The notes beneath the pieces are model-generated. The model saw only the letters and a program-made list of their open reading frames with translations, was not told where the DNA came from and did no database searches. Of a stretch of DNA of 64,000 nt, positions 39,950-50,903 are shown one piece after another. The position numbers and the translations under genes are program-made. This stretch comes from Balanoglossus misakiensis (taxonomy: Eukaryota; Animalia; Hemichordata). The stretch covers positions 4,024,607 through 4,088,606 of the forward strand of contig CM082598.2 of assembly GCA_040954595.2 (NCBI GenBank), in the 5' to 3' direction. Each line of letters begins with the position of its first letter. Positions within the stretch are counted from its first letter, which is position 1.

Positions 39950-41860
39950 CCGTTGGTGGCGCGACGCGTGTAGTTCGCCTGAAATTTGTGAGAGAAAGAT
40001 GAAAAGAGATTCCCGTTAGGGCGACGAAAAAATGACAAAAATCTAGCCAGAGAGTGTCGTAGTATTACTGGTACATTAAAACATTGGGGACTGGCAAAAA
40101 AAATGGGAAATAAAAAGTAAATATGCGCTGCAACACTAACCATGTTAACCGCAGTATAATTTCACCTCATGTTGTACGTTGTCCTTGCGTAGTGACGTCA
40201 TTATATATGCGTACTTTTCCCAAATAAATTTGGCGCTACGCTTTCGTTTATAAATTGCAAAACAGTGCATTATTTATCGTGTGTGACCTTATCGGGTGAG
40301 TGTTCGGTCGGATACTTAAGTCATTTTTCGAGTCTATCACATTTTATCACATTTTTAAGTTCTTTTATCCTATATACATCAGTAAAAATTCCGAGCATTC
40401 AGAAACAGCTGTTTGGGTCGTCTATGTTTATGTATAAGGGTTAAAGGTCAAGAGATACAGGAAATCGATTGGCTGAATGGATTTGAAGCCATGTCGATCA
40501 ATACATTTCCTTCGTATTGATTGGTTAACAGAAAAAGGCGGTGACATCCAACAGTGAAACGGAATCTCGCGCCAAAATTACCGGGGGAAATCCTGGTTCA
40601 TTCATAAGTACGTGTTCGTGTAGTACATACAGTCAGTGTCTCTATCATCTTGCCAGAAAGAGTCCGCGGTCTGATATTTACAATAATGCATGCAACTGCA
40701 TCATAGGACAAGGTAAGAACAGTTTCCCCGATAATCCAAATGCTGCAAATGTTATTCGACAAAATATTCTGAAAAATAGCAATAGGGGAAATACCCTGGC
40801 ATAGTGTAGTTGAGGGAAACCATAGACTGATTAACCATAGTTATGCCTTATGGTAATAGTATACCATATGTGATTTTCTAACGTGATCATTTTTTCTAAT
40901 GAAGATACTAAAAAATTAGCAAAACGTGGATTAATGTGAAATGATATTTTTCCCTGGCTTTCGAAATTTACACTGCTCGATTTCTTACTAATCTAAACGA
41001 AATGCCTCCCCCACACTGGCAATGGACATTGACCGTTGCGAGATTGGCGTCACCTGATCGTGGGTTGGTCAGTTTCTCTGGAATCGCGTCGTGTTGATTT
41101 CTTCGTTTTATCTGGTCAAACTTTCAGCAAAACTCGGTTATTTTAATGTTCGAGCTTGACTTTGTGTGGATGTCAAGGCGGTGATTTATTTCATATCTGC
41201 TGGCAACTTAGAGTTTGTGCCACCGTGGCAGTTTCGTATCACTGGTACTGGCTAAATACGCCAGACCAGTGATCGGTGCACATAATAAAAAGTCGTGATG
41301 GCGCGGCGGTTGTGGTCTTATTTTTGGTCGAGTTATACGCCCTTAACTAAAATGTTAGAGACGGGCTTTAAGACTACATGTTTCTTGGCATATTTCTTTA
41401 TCACCCTGGGACAATCTGTGCCTCTCAAGGGAAAATTGCGCGGAAAGACTGCCGCTGTTCGCGCGAAAACAACAAATCATGTTCAGAAATGTACATAGAA
41501 TAGATATCCGATAAACAAATCTCGCGCCAAGCTGGGTGTCGTAATGGGTCATTATTCTCTTTTTCTTGTCAAATCACGACAAAACGACCAAGCATCATCT
41601 TTGATCTTAAATATTTCACGCACAATCTTTCATGATCACTGATCATATTAATTTTAGGGGTAAACTGGTAAATATGTTGTTTGCATGTTGATTGCAGTGC
41701 GCTAGGGTGTATTTTAATCTACCGGTTTCGTATGCATGTTCCCAGGCCCGAGTGACGCGCCAAATTCAAAACCCCGGGACTGCAGTCAGATTTCAGCAGA
41801 TCAGCTTGAGGACGACCTGCAGATTTCGTAGTAACATTCCACCAAATCGCCGATTTTTAG
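39950..41860. promoter_or_regulatory. Divergent NAV / E2F7-8 promoter region
   Basis: CpG-rich. CRE TGACGTCA at 40193; E2F motifs at 40229, 40569, 41438, 41460, 41520 and 41756; inverted CCAAT boxes at ~40468 and ~40520. Plus-strand non-coding exon donors at 40712|GTAAGA and 41860|GTTAGT. Confidence 0.7.
41756..41770 (+). promoter_or_regulatory. E2F/CDE-CHR composite element
   Basis: CGCGC-CAAA-TTCAAA: E2F/CDE core, 4-nt spacer, TTYRAA (LIN54/CHR consensus), just upstream of the putative non-coding exon 1. Confidence 0.6.
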
Positions 41861-42773
41861 GTTAGTATCCCTTGATTTTGCTGCAGATGATGTGGGTTAA
41901 GCATACTTATGCTTGTTGATAATGCATATATGTCACAGTGTTTTTGTGTTGGAAAAAATGCGGTTTTAAGGTGACCTTGGCGGGCGACCAAAATAAATGA
42001 ATGATACTAGATAGAGTACTGGGTCCCGCGATCGATTGCATACGCTAAACTGCGGACATAGTCGCCACCGGTATACCGCGATCTTACTTATATATTGGTC
42101 ATATTAAGCGAAAATTCTCTGTTATTTGTAGGATTCTATATTCAACCATTGTTTGTGTATATCGTCTTGAAGGAGTTGGTAATTTGCATGTGAAAAACGA
42201 GTGTATTTTGGAGGGAGTGACAAGTCTATCGCAGTCTAAGTTCTATGTCCCTTTCGTTTTACTCTGTTGTAAAGTATGTCCATTTCATTATGAAATGGAT
42301 TACATGTAATTGTATGTTTTTAAAAAAATGTTATTAAGGGGATAAACATGTTGCTGTTTGGACCTCTGGTGCCAATAATTCAGTGCATAGTGGATTTTAC
42401 TATTCTGCACCCCAGCCAGGGACTATAGCTTCTTTTATACAATATCCTCAGGCAGTTGTTGGATAAAATAAAATCATTTTAGTTTGGCACTGAAGAATGA
42501 CTTTTTTTATAGTCTGGGAGTTCACCAGCAACTGATACTTTTTGTCATTTTCCATAAGTTTTTTCAATGTTAAATTATACAAATTTTTCACCAGGAATAC
42601 CATTACCAGTTTGAAAAAATCCTAAATTCTCTATTCTTCCTGAAAATTTGGTTTGGCACACTGCATGATTTATTTTTCTGTGGGTTCAAACTTCTACACA
42701 CCACGAGCAATGTTTCCAAACCTTCTCATGGATTCTAACGTTTCCCGTTCTCAATTTTAGACGCGAGACAAAA

Positions 42774-43411
42774 ATGGAAAACAACAGCGTTCCAGGTCCT
42801 TTAGTGCCTGGTGGATTCGTCAAACCATCATCGGACAGCGATTCCGATTGCGAACACCTGCAGTACAGTGACGTCACAAACACAGAGCGTGGCCTTTTCT
42901 CGTCATCCAGGGATGAGACGGACAACGGAATCTGCGTGACGTCATCGCCAAATGCGACGACTGACAACGACGAACACACAGAAACCACAACCGGGGTTTC
43001 GCGGTTTGAACAAAGACAGGTCGAGAGTTCGGGGTTGCCGAACCCTGTCTGGCACCAGCCATCCTTGTTTGCATCCGGCAATGCAGTGCCAACTTTTCCA
43101 GCGGGCAACACAGTCCCGGCAACTCCGACCAAACCCAACGGAGAAGGGGACGACCCGGTCACCCCGACCGCAAACTTGAAAATTCTCTTGAGCGCCGCCA
43201 GTCCGGATATCCGGGAAAGGGACAACCGGAAAAAGGAGCTTTTCCCGGACCAAAGCCAGTGGCCGTTCCCAATGCCCGAAATTCCCCAACCTGTGCTTCC
43301 CAAGGAAATGCATGAACTAAAGGAGGAACAGTTATCTGAAGAAGAATTGTTTGAGGATTCCAGTAAACCTGTCAGTAGAAAAGACAAGTCTCTTGGTCTG
43401 CTTTGTCAAAG
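42774..43411 (+). CDS. E2F8: E2F7/8 coding exon 1
   Basis: Acceptor TTTTAG|42761, AAAATGG start, donor AG|GTATCA; encodes PTANLK motif and start of DBD1. Confidence 0.9.
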
Positions 43412-46400
43412 GTATCATGATGTCTTGTTTTTATTTTTTATTTTAAATTTAAAGTGATGTTCTGTGAAACAGGAATTGGAAAAGTGTTCAGTTTATGCAG
43501 AAATTCTTCTGTACTTTGATCAATAATTATAATAATTTGATCATCATGTGTTGTGATTATCATAACATTTGTTTTATGATGATCACAATTTCTATTGTGT
43601 TTCTGAAAAGCGATATTACCTCTGTTTTTGCAGATTCCTTTCCCAATTTCCAGACTATCCCGACCCGAATGGAGATAACGATATTAGTCTAGATGTTGTA
43701 GCCAGAGATCTAAGTAAGTATACGTAGCTTGGTGTGAACACTGAACTTAAAATCAAAACACCAATGTCACACACTGTTAAAAATCTCCAGGAATTACAGA
43801 CAGGCAATGAAGACAGTTCATTTTTACAGTATTTAGTTTTTAAAACCCTTCCTGAAAAGAGACTCAATTAAGACAAAGGCCGGCCATACAAATACTAAAG
43901 CCATGCCTAGTGAAGGTGTCAATGTATTCTCAATAGGGATTTGCATAAATTTGAAGCTTCAAGTTCATCTGCAGTGATCTCACAGATTTCTGGTGGCAAA
44001 TGACAAGACACTGATTTCATATATAGTACAAGTAATCTAGCGCATTCTTAAAAAGTATAAACATTGCGATATTCTTTTCAAATTTTCCGTAATTCTTACC
44101 TCTGTTCTATATGCTATATCATAAATGATTTCAATGTTGGTTTTGTTGACATACTCTTGATGACAATCATGTATTTCTTTCTTTCTTTCACAGGTGTCGA
44201 AAGAAGGAGGATATATGATATAGTAAATGTTCTTGAGAGCGTCGAGATAGTCAGCAGACTAGCTAAAAATAAATACACCTGGCATGGAAAAGGAAATTTG
44301 ATGAATACTCTTGCAAAACTTAAGGTGAGCATGTCAGTTATGTTTACACACACACATACAAGCAAACATACATACATACATACATACATACATACATACA
44401 TACATACATACATACATACATAGGAAGTATGCAGTTCGACTGGTCCGATACAAAGTGCTCAATACAAAAGTAGAGTGGAGTATAAAGAAGGGTAGTAGGA
44501 GAAACGGAAGGCAGTAAAATCTCTACAACATACATACATACATACATTTCAAAATATTAAAAGCACAAACTTTATATTTATTATTTGACAGGCACTCGGA
44601 GAGAATGAGAATTATGCGCAACAAATTGTCCACTTGAAGAAAATGCAAGAAGAGAGAGAATTCAACTTTGGCGAGGACACAAAACCCAAAAAGGAACCGT
44701 TGAAAGAGAATGAAGGAGACAACGTGCCGTGGAAATTTGTCAATGTCAAAGAAGCGAAGGGGCTTGAAAAATGTAAGTTTGTCTTTCCGATGAACTTGTA
44801 GAATTTCATTCACTATGATCAGTAAATATCAAAATCAGTCTGACCAAAAATAACTGGAAAATATCGAATTGTTTGGATGTCAGAGGCAATTTCAATTCAA
44901 CATAGTTTTAAATGTTCTGATTATGGAGATTTCAGAATTATCAAGGAATGCATGCACGGAATTTGTTCAAGAATACATATTTTACATGCCTTGTCAACAG
45001 ATCAGAATCTAGTACTGTATTGGAACACACAGACAACATTCACATGCTTGTTGAACTTTTGTGAGTTCAGACCAAACATTTTGATTTACAATTCTATAAC
45101 TCTTTCAACCCTTTTTGTCCTTGCAGACAACAACAGAAAAGACAAATCACTTGGTGTTATGAGTCAGAAATTTATTATGTTGTTTCTTGTATCCAAGGTA
45201 AGATAGCTTTGTATGCCAAACAGCAAAACAGATATTGATATGCTAGAATTGAAGACCGCAATTTTCTCAATACCATTCTTGAATGATATAGTGATATGGC
45301 AATATTTCCTCTCAAATGATGAACTTTGATGACTTTTTTCCCTTCAGACTAAAGTGGTATCGCTCGACATCGCAGCAAGAATACTCATTGGTGATATAAA
45401 TTATGAAATAAATGAAAATTCTAAATTTAAAAGTAAGTAAAGAAATATATATATTGCTTTTGATTTTCTATCTTGCCTGTTTTAAAGTCTACTTTATCCT
45501 AATGATGTCAGGGTTTCTGTATAGCTGGAAAATAAAAAATCACAAAACACTTTACCACAGACAATTGTCATAGACCTGTCCATGATTAAAAAATTCCTGT
45601 GTTATTCTCAGGGTGCCATGAAATGTAACAAAGTCACTTGTTTCTACTTACAGCGAAGATACGAAGACTTTACGACATAGCCAATATTTTAACAAGTCTA
45701 CAGTTGATCAAGAAGGTACATGTGACCGAGTCGAGAGGTCGGAAACCTGCCTTCAAGTGGGTCGGTCCTGAGCCTTTCTCTGATCAGAGCAGTTCCAATG
45801 GTAAGTGTCAAATATGGGGGTGCTGTATCCAGGATCTGAAAGAAAAAATAACCTTCAAGTATTATACTGTCAAATCCTTCTTTACTAAAGTCTTTTCCAA
45901 AATTAAATATTTCAGGATCACAGAGACACACAACCGAACCTGTCAGCTCAGCTGTTCAGAGACCGCCCACCAAACATTCATTGCTGAACCAGTTTGCAGG
46001 TGAGTTTACGTGAACCCAGCCCCTTTTGTGTGCAGCTGCTACATACATCCAATCAACCTGTGAAATATCCCTATAGTATAGATCAGAATTTCCAAATTGG
46101 GATAGTGGTTAGCGCTGGGCTAACCTTTGGTTAACCTGGGTTAGCAAATATAGCATCTCATTGTTACACCTCAAATTGACATAAAAATACACAAACGAAC
46201 AACAGGCTACAATATCACAAACTGCAAGAAAATAGTTGCTGCAAACTAAATCTTAGAGTTTGATCTGAAATATTGTTTTTTCTGCATACATAGCTTCCTA
46301 CGAGAGAAGTTTTGACATGAAGGAAAACAACCCAAGTGTTGGCAAATCTCAGAGTACAAACAGACAGCGCGTCTTCTCAAGACATGCATCGTTCCAATCC

Positions 46401-49038
46401 ATGTGTGAAGTGGCCGAAAGAGAACATAGTAAATTATGTTCATCTGCACCATCGAGTCCTACGAAAGAAGTCAGTCAAGAATTTGGTAAGTTGTTGGGTG
46501 TTTTGGGGTGTTATTTCTCCTGGTAAGAGCCCGTGCTCAGACAACAGCCCTATCCAAGGTTGTGATGATTTTTTTATAAGGTAGCGTTGAACATACTATG
46601 GGGAGATTACAGCATGTACCTTTGGGAGGCATCATAGTCCAGTGGTTAAAGCAAGAGGACTCATGATCATTGGCTCGAGCCCTAGCATGGCTGTGCAGTG
46701 TTGTGTCCTTGAGCAAGGCACTTTACTTCTCATTGCTTCGTCCCATCCAGGAGTAATGGGTACCTGGTAGGACAGAGATTGTGTTTAGCTCTGCTGTGCT
46801 GATATAACGGCTGCACATATGTTGTTTTCTTCCCGGGGAGTTGACTGGAGTACTAGTATTAGGTCCAAAGGGAATGATTGCAAATTGCTTTGAGCATAAT
46901 TACTTGTGGATATGTGCACTATATTAAGAACTCACTTTTGATTTAGTTACCATGTGCTGAAATACCTAACGTGCCCCGTTTTGACTGTTTTCCTGGCAGA
47001 TGCTAAACTTCGAACCGAATTCGAAAGTTTCAAGAAGTCCTATCCAGGAAACGCATCACACCTGTTTGTCAGACAGAACGAAGAACAAGTCAGAAAACAG
47101 CCAACAGATCAAACCCAGAAAGTGGATGTTCAGCCACAGCCTGGAAAAGTCCCACTGCAGCCAGGTTGTGTCGGGTCGCACAACAAAATCGCCAGCAGTC
47201 TTGTCAATCACGGTGTTGGTGTGCTACAGACTGTGAAAACTCAGTTCAGCCTCTTGCCAAACTCCACCACCGGTGTCCCCACGCAGACCATCGTGACCAT
47301 CAACGGGCTCCGAACAGTGGATTTGCAGTCGGGGGCGATTTTGAACCCGGCTGTCGCGTCGCTGCAGAAGTCCGACGGCGCTCCGTCGAGGAGGAGCAAA
47401 CGCACGATCAAGCAGATCCTGAGCGAGGATTACGAGTACCAGCCTGTGGCGAAAAAGAAGTTGCTGAATGCTGGCGTCGGGGCGCCAACAAACAGTAGGC
47501 CTGGTCAAGCAGAAGAATCCGGCGCTGGAGTGGATGACAGCGATGGACCCGAAGTCTTCTCAGAGACTGCACCCGAGGTGACCGCCTCCAATCACGAAAC
47601 GGTCAAACCGCCACTGAAACTGCACAGCCGCCGGCGAAGTTCCTTGACCAGCATCAGCAAACCTTCGCCCCTGAGGGCGCTCCACCACGACCCCGAGTTC
47701 CGCAGCTCGCCGAGCGTCGACAGCGTCTCCTCCAACAGCAGCAAGACACCCTCCCCGGTCGACGGCAAATTCGACGCCAACGATTTAGAACTCGCGTTCC
47801 CGCTGAACGACGAGAACACTAAGGATGAAACCAGCCAGCCATTGGAAGAAACCAAACAGACTGACGAATCAGTCATAATAGCTGAAGACGGTAAAAACGA
47901 CCAAACTGAAAGTGTTTCTCAACTGGAAACCGATGAAGCAGTGAAAAAAGATGACAGTGGTTCCGCCGAGAGTTCGCAGACAAGTTTGTTATTTTCACAG
48001 TCGCCGTTTCAGCTTCTACTCAACAGCCGCAATAGTTTCAATTCACCCAACGTGAGTCGCCCGAGCTCGCTGAGCAGTATCGCCGAGTTGGAGCGCGTTT
48101 TCAGCAACTGCAACTCCCCGCCTATCCTCTCTCCCGGCGCCGGTTTCCCCGGGCAACCGTTTCGCAGCAAGAGCGCGTCGCCGAGTCACTTCCATTCGCT
48201 CGTCGGGAGCCACGTGCAGCAGATGTCCATGCCGACAGTGATATCACCGCCGCAGTCTTGCACGCAGGGTAGCCCCGCAGTCTTGTCGCAGCTCGGTGGC
48301 AGCAATCTGCCGACGCCCACGCTGCTAAGCAGCAGCAACAGTCCCGCGATGATGTCGCCGAGCCTCGGCAGCAACAGCGGCGGGAGCTCCGTGTTCAACT
48401 TCAACCTGAACCAGCTGCTGGCCAACGCGGCCAAGTCACAGGCCGTCGCCGTCAGCCAGTTGCAGCAACAGCAGTGCGTCCCCGTGCCCCTCCCGACGAC
48501 CGCCATCCACACGGCGATCCCCAACGTGCCGCTGACCGTGGCGCAGACGCCGTCGACGGCCGTCCCGTCGTCGGTCATGCTCACCCCGAGATCGCAGCAG
48601 CCCATCTTCCTGCAGCAGAACTCGTTCATCCAGACGCCGTTCGCCCAGTGGTCCACCCCGATCAGTAACCGCGGCAACGGAGGCGGGCTTCTCCCCGGCA
48701 TGAGCCCGATCATGCCCTCGGAATGCTTCAGCCCGAAAACTCTCACCCCGGGAAACACATCGTATCAGAACGTCACTCTGACCGCCACCCCAATCCACAT
48801 GGCCACGTCATCGGCCGAGACCACCCCGATATCCAGCGTCGACTTCAACAGCAGCAGTTTCTTCCACACGCCCAACGTCTACCCCATCATCAGTGCAGCC
48901 AGCATGATGCAGTCGCAGCAGACAGCCGTGCCACTGTCCGCATTCCAGCAAGTCAGCACCAATCAAATCCCACCGGGCGTCACGGCCTCACGCCGATTGG
49001 TCATCCCAGACGCCATCAACAACCAATCACAGACTTGA
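42774..49038 (+). CDS. E2F8: Atypical E2F transcription factor E2F7/E2F8 ortholog, 1215 aa, 10 coding exons
   Basis: Coding exons 42774-43411, 43634-43713, 44194-44324, 44592-44772, 45127-45197, 45348-45432, 45654-45800, 45916-45999, 46294-46485, 47000-49038; all introns GT-AG and phase-consistent (3648 nt including stop). Two DNA-binding domains ([13 protein letters not shown]...[14 protein letters not shown]; [13 protein letters not shown]...[12 protein letters not shown]), [17 protein letters not shown] motif and C-terminal RRLVIP. Confidence 0.97.
43634..43713 (+). CDS. E2F8: E2F7/8 coding exon 2
   Basis: TTGCAG|...|GTAAGT; FLSQFPDYP...[10 protein letters not shown]. Confidence 0.92.
44194..44324 (+). 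CDS. E2F8: E2F7/8 coding exon 3
   Basis: CACAG|...|GTGAGC; [31 protein letters not shown]. Confidence 0.95.
44366..44422. repeat. (TACA)n microsatellite in an E2F7/8 intron
   Basis: About 14 tetramer units. Confidence 0.95.
44592..44772 (+). CDS. E2F8: E2F7/8 coding exon 4
   Basis: GACAG|...|GTAAGT; open inter-DBD linker containing a KEN motif. Confidence 0.88.
45127..45197 (+). CDS. E2F8: E2F7/8 coding exon 5
   Basis: TTGCAG|...|GTAAGA; [23 protein letters not shown]. Confidence 0.93.
45348..45432 (+). CDS. E2F8: E2F7/8 coding exon 6
   Basis: TTCAG|...|GTAAGT; [15 protein letters not shown]...SKFK. Confidence 0.93.
45654..45800 (+). CDS. E2F8: E2F7/8 coding exon 7
   Basis: TACAG|...|GTAAGT; [38 protein letters not shown]. 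Confidence 0.95.
45916..45999 (+). CDS. E2F8: E2F7/8 coding exon 8
   Basis: TTCAG|...|GTGAGT; 84 nt, phase 1-1, open frame. Confidence 0.75.
46294..46485 (+). CDS. E2F8: E2F7/8 coding exon 9
   Basis: CATAG|...|GTAAGT; contains KEN, FSRHASF and SAPSSP motifs. Confidence 0.85.
46624..46935 (+). mobile_element. tRNA-derived SINE in the last E2F7/8 intron
   Basis: A-box-like TAGTCCAGTGGTTAA, B-box-like GGCTCGAGCCC, CORE/V-like GTGTCCTTGAGCAAGGCACTTTAC, and a LINE2-like tail (TGCTTTGAG...GCACTATATTAAG). Confidence 0.75.
47000..49038 (+). CDS. E2F8: E2F7/8 terminal coding exon (S/P/T/Q-rich C-terminus)
   Basis: GGCAG|AT acceptor, 2039 nt open, GC-rich codon usage, ends [15 protein letters not shown]. 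Confidence 0.92.
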
Positions 49039-50180
49039 AGTCCACAGTAACTGTGTGCTTTGAATCTGTATTGTTAGTATAGTAGTAAGTAGGCTTAAAG
49101 GGATACAATCTAAAATTTATATACACCCACGTATGGTTAAAAAGTCATTAAAAGGATAGGTTCACCTTTAACTGCTAATTGAGGATTTTTAAAGGTGCTT
49201 GTCTAAATGTTCTCATTACCATGAGATGGTGCTTTTTTCATGTGGCCCTCAAGTGAAAATCTGTGGTTTGCTAGATTTTCCAGTATCTATGGTATCCATG
49301 GTAAAGTCATACAAGTGAAAGTAGTATAGTGAGCGAAATATCCTATTTTGCTTTGAGGGGTGCTGTGTCCGGGCTTTTCAAGTTTGGATAGATAATCTGT
49401 AGTTTTAACGTTTCTCAAACAAGACAGGGAGATGTCCATTTCAGATGATAATTATTTTGATATGAAACAGACTGATATGTAAATATTTAGTTAGCAGTCT
49501 GTATCTTGTATAGAGTGTTTTAAGTGCCTCATATTCTGGCCTTCGAACCTGAAGGCAATTGCATTTGGCATTTCACAACTGTAAAAATAAGTGAAGTGAA
49601 TTTAGGTTTAACTTAGGAATTCAGTTGAGTGTTTATATTGGAAGATTTAGATTGAAAAGATACTTGCCTGTTAAGGTCTCTGAACTAAATCTCTGTGGTC
49701 AAATGACATATTCTACAGACCGGGATGCTGGTGATGTATGTTCTGGGAATGTAGATAGCTTTGTGAAGTAGTTGAAGGGTTCCACGATCCTTTTCATAGT
49801 ACCAGTACTGTGAAAACAAATGTAACCATAGGCGTAAGGAGAGATGTCTCTACAGTGTCATACAACATTGCTGGCAGTAGCCAGTGATGTGTTTGTAAAA
49901 TTGCAGGAATTTGCAGGTGTTTTTTGCCTGCTATTAGTAAACTCTTATCAACATTTCTGTTTTAAAAATGATAGTAAGAAACTTTTCTTTAATCCAGGAT
50001 GCTACTGAAAGGGGGGAGTGTGTGGTCCCCCCCCCCCCTCCACCCCCACAGATTAAATGGGGATCTGAAATTTATTCCACTTCCATTCTGTTATTATAAT
50101 GAACTTTTTTAAAGTAAGTTAACTTCTTTCTCACCAGTATATCAGGCATCTGAAATAATACACCATTGGTGCTAGTGTTA

Positions 50181-50266
50181 CCCCCTTCCATCACAATGGT
50201 TTGGTCCAAATCCATTTCTTCTATGGTAAAGTTGGACATCTACATATGGAAATGGGGGTGGAAATG
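50181..50266 (+). mobile_element. ~85-bp piggyBac-like MITE, copy 4 (degenerate)
   Basis: Internal ATGGTTTGGTCCAAA...CTATGGTAAAGTTGGAC shared with copy 2. Confidence 0.7.
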
Positions 50267-50370
50267 TCTAGTTTATTTTTACAAAAGAAATTAAACCCAG
50301 TGACAGTATTTTTTTCTTAGTTTTGCTCAGAGATTACTTTTCAGACATTTTGAATTTGAGGTTTGTAATA

Positions 50371-50549
50371 CAGTCAAACCTGTCTATAGTGACCAGTCAA
50401 GGGACTTTACCAAACTGGCCTTTATAGACAGGTGGTCTTTATAGACAGGTTAATTTATACACATGTAAATTGTACAGGGACTGTAACTAAGTGGCCACTA
50501 TATAGAGGTGGTCACTATATAGAGGTGGTCACTAACACAGGTTTGACTG
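50371..50549. mobile_element. Tigger/pogo-like MITE
   Basis: TA-CAGTCAAACCTGT...ACAGGTTTGACTG-TA: perfect TIR with TA target-site duplication; internal 18-bp subrepeats. Confidence 0.88.
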
Positions 50550-50818
50550 TAGTCCTGTTGGACAGTGAATAGGGATATTATTTTTTAAACAAAATTTATT
50601 TTCAGCAGTTTTAATTTTCAGACATAAGTGTGTTTGTTTTTTTTCACATACAAACATTAGAAAATTTCCTTTGAGACCCAATCTAATTTGATATTTCCAA
50701 ACTTATAAACTTTAGAACATTTTTCAGAGTAATTCAACAGTATTATCAAAGAGCAATTTAGAATACCAGTAGTGACTTTTTTTTGTAAAATATTAGAATC
50801 TCCATGGTGCTGTGGTTA

Positions 50819-50903
50819 CCCTTTCACCACCATGGTTTGGTCCAAAAATCATTGTTATATATGGTTAAGTTGGACCACTGGAAAGGGATACAGGGTGAAA
50901 GGG
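50819..50903 (+). mobile_element. ~85-bp piggyBac-like MITE, copy 5
   Basis: TTA-CCCTTTCACCACCATGGTTTGG...GGTGAAAGGG; same family as copy 2. Confidence 0.78.

Noticed and set aside
46624-46700. tRNA gene
   Set aside because: A and B boxes are degenerate, there is no cloverleaf, and it continues into a SINE body.
42686-48798. Long antisense and alternate-frame ORFs over E2F7/8 exons (likewise over PAO and TRIM)
   Set aside because: Shadow ORFs expected from GC-rich coding sequence.
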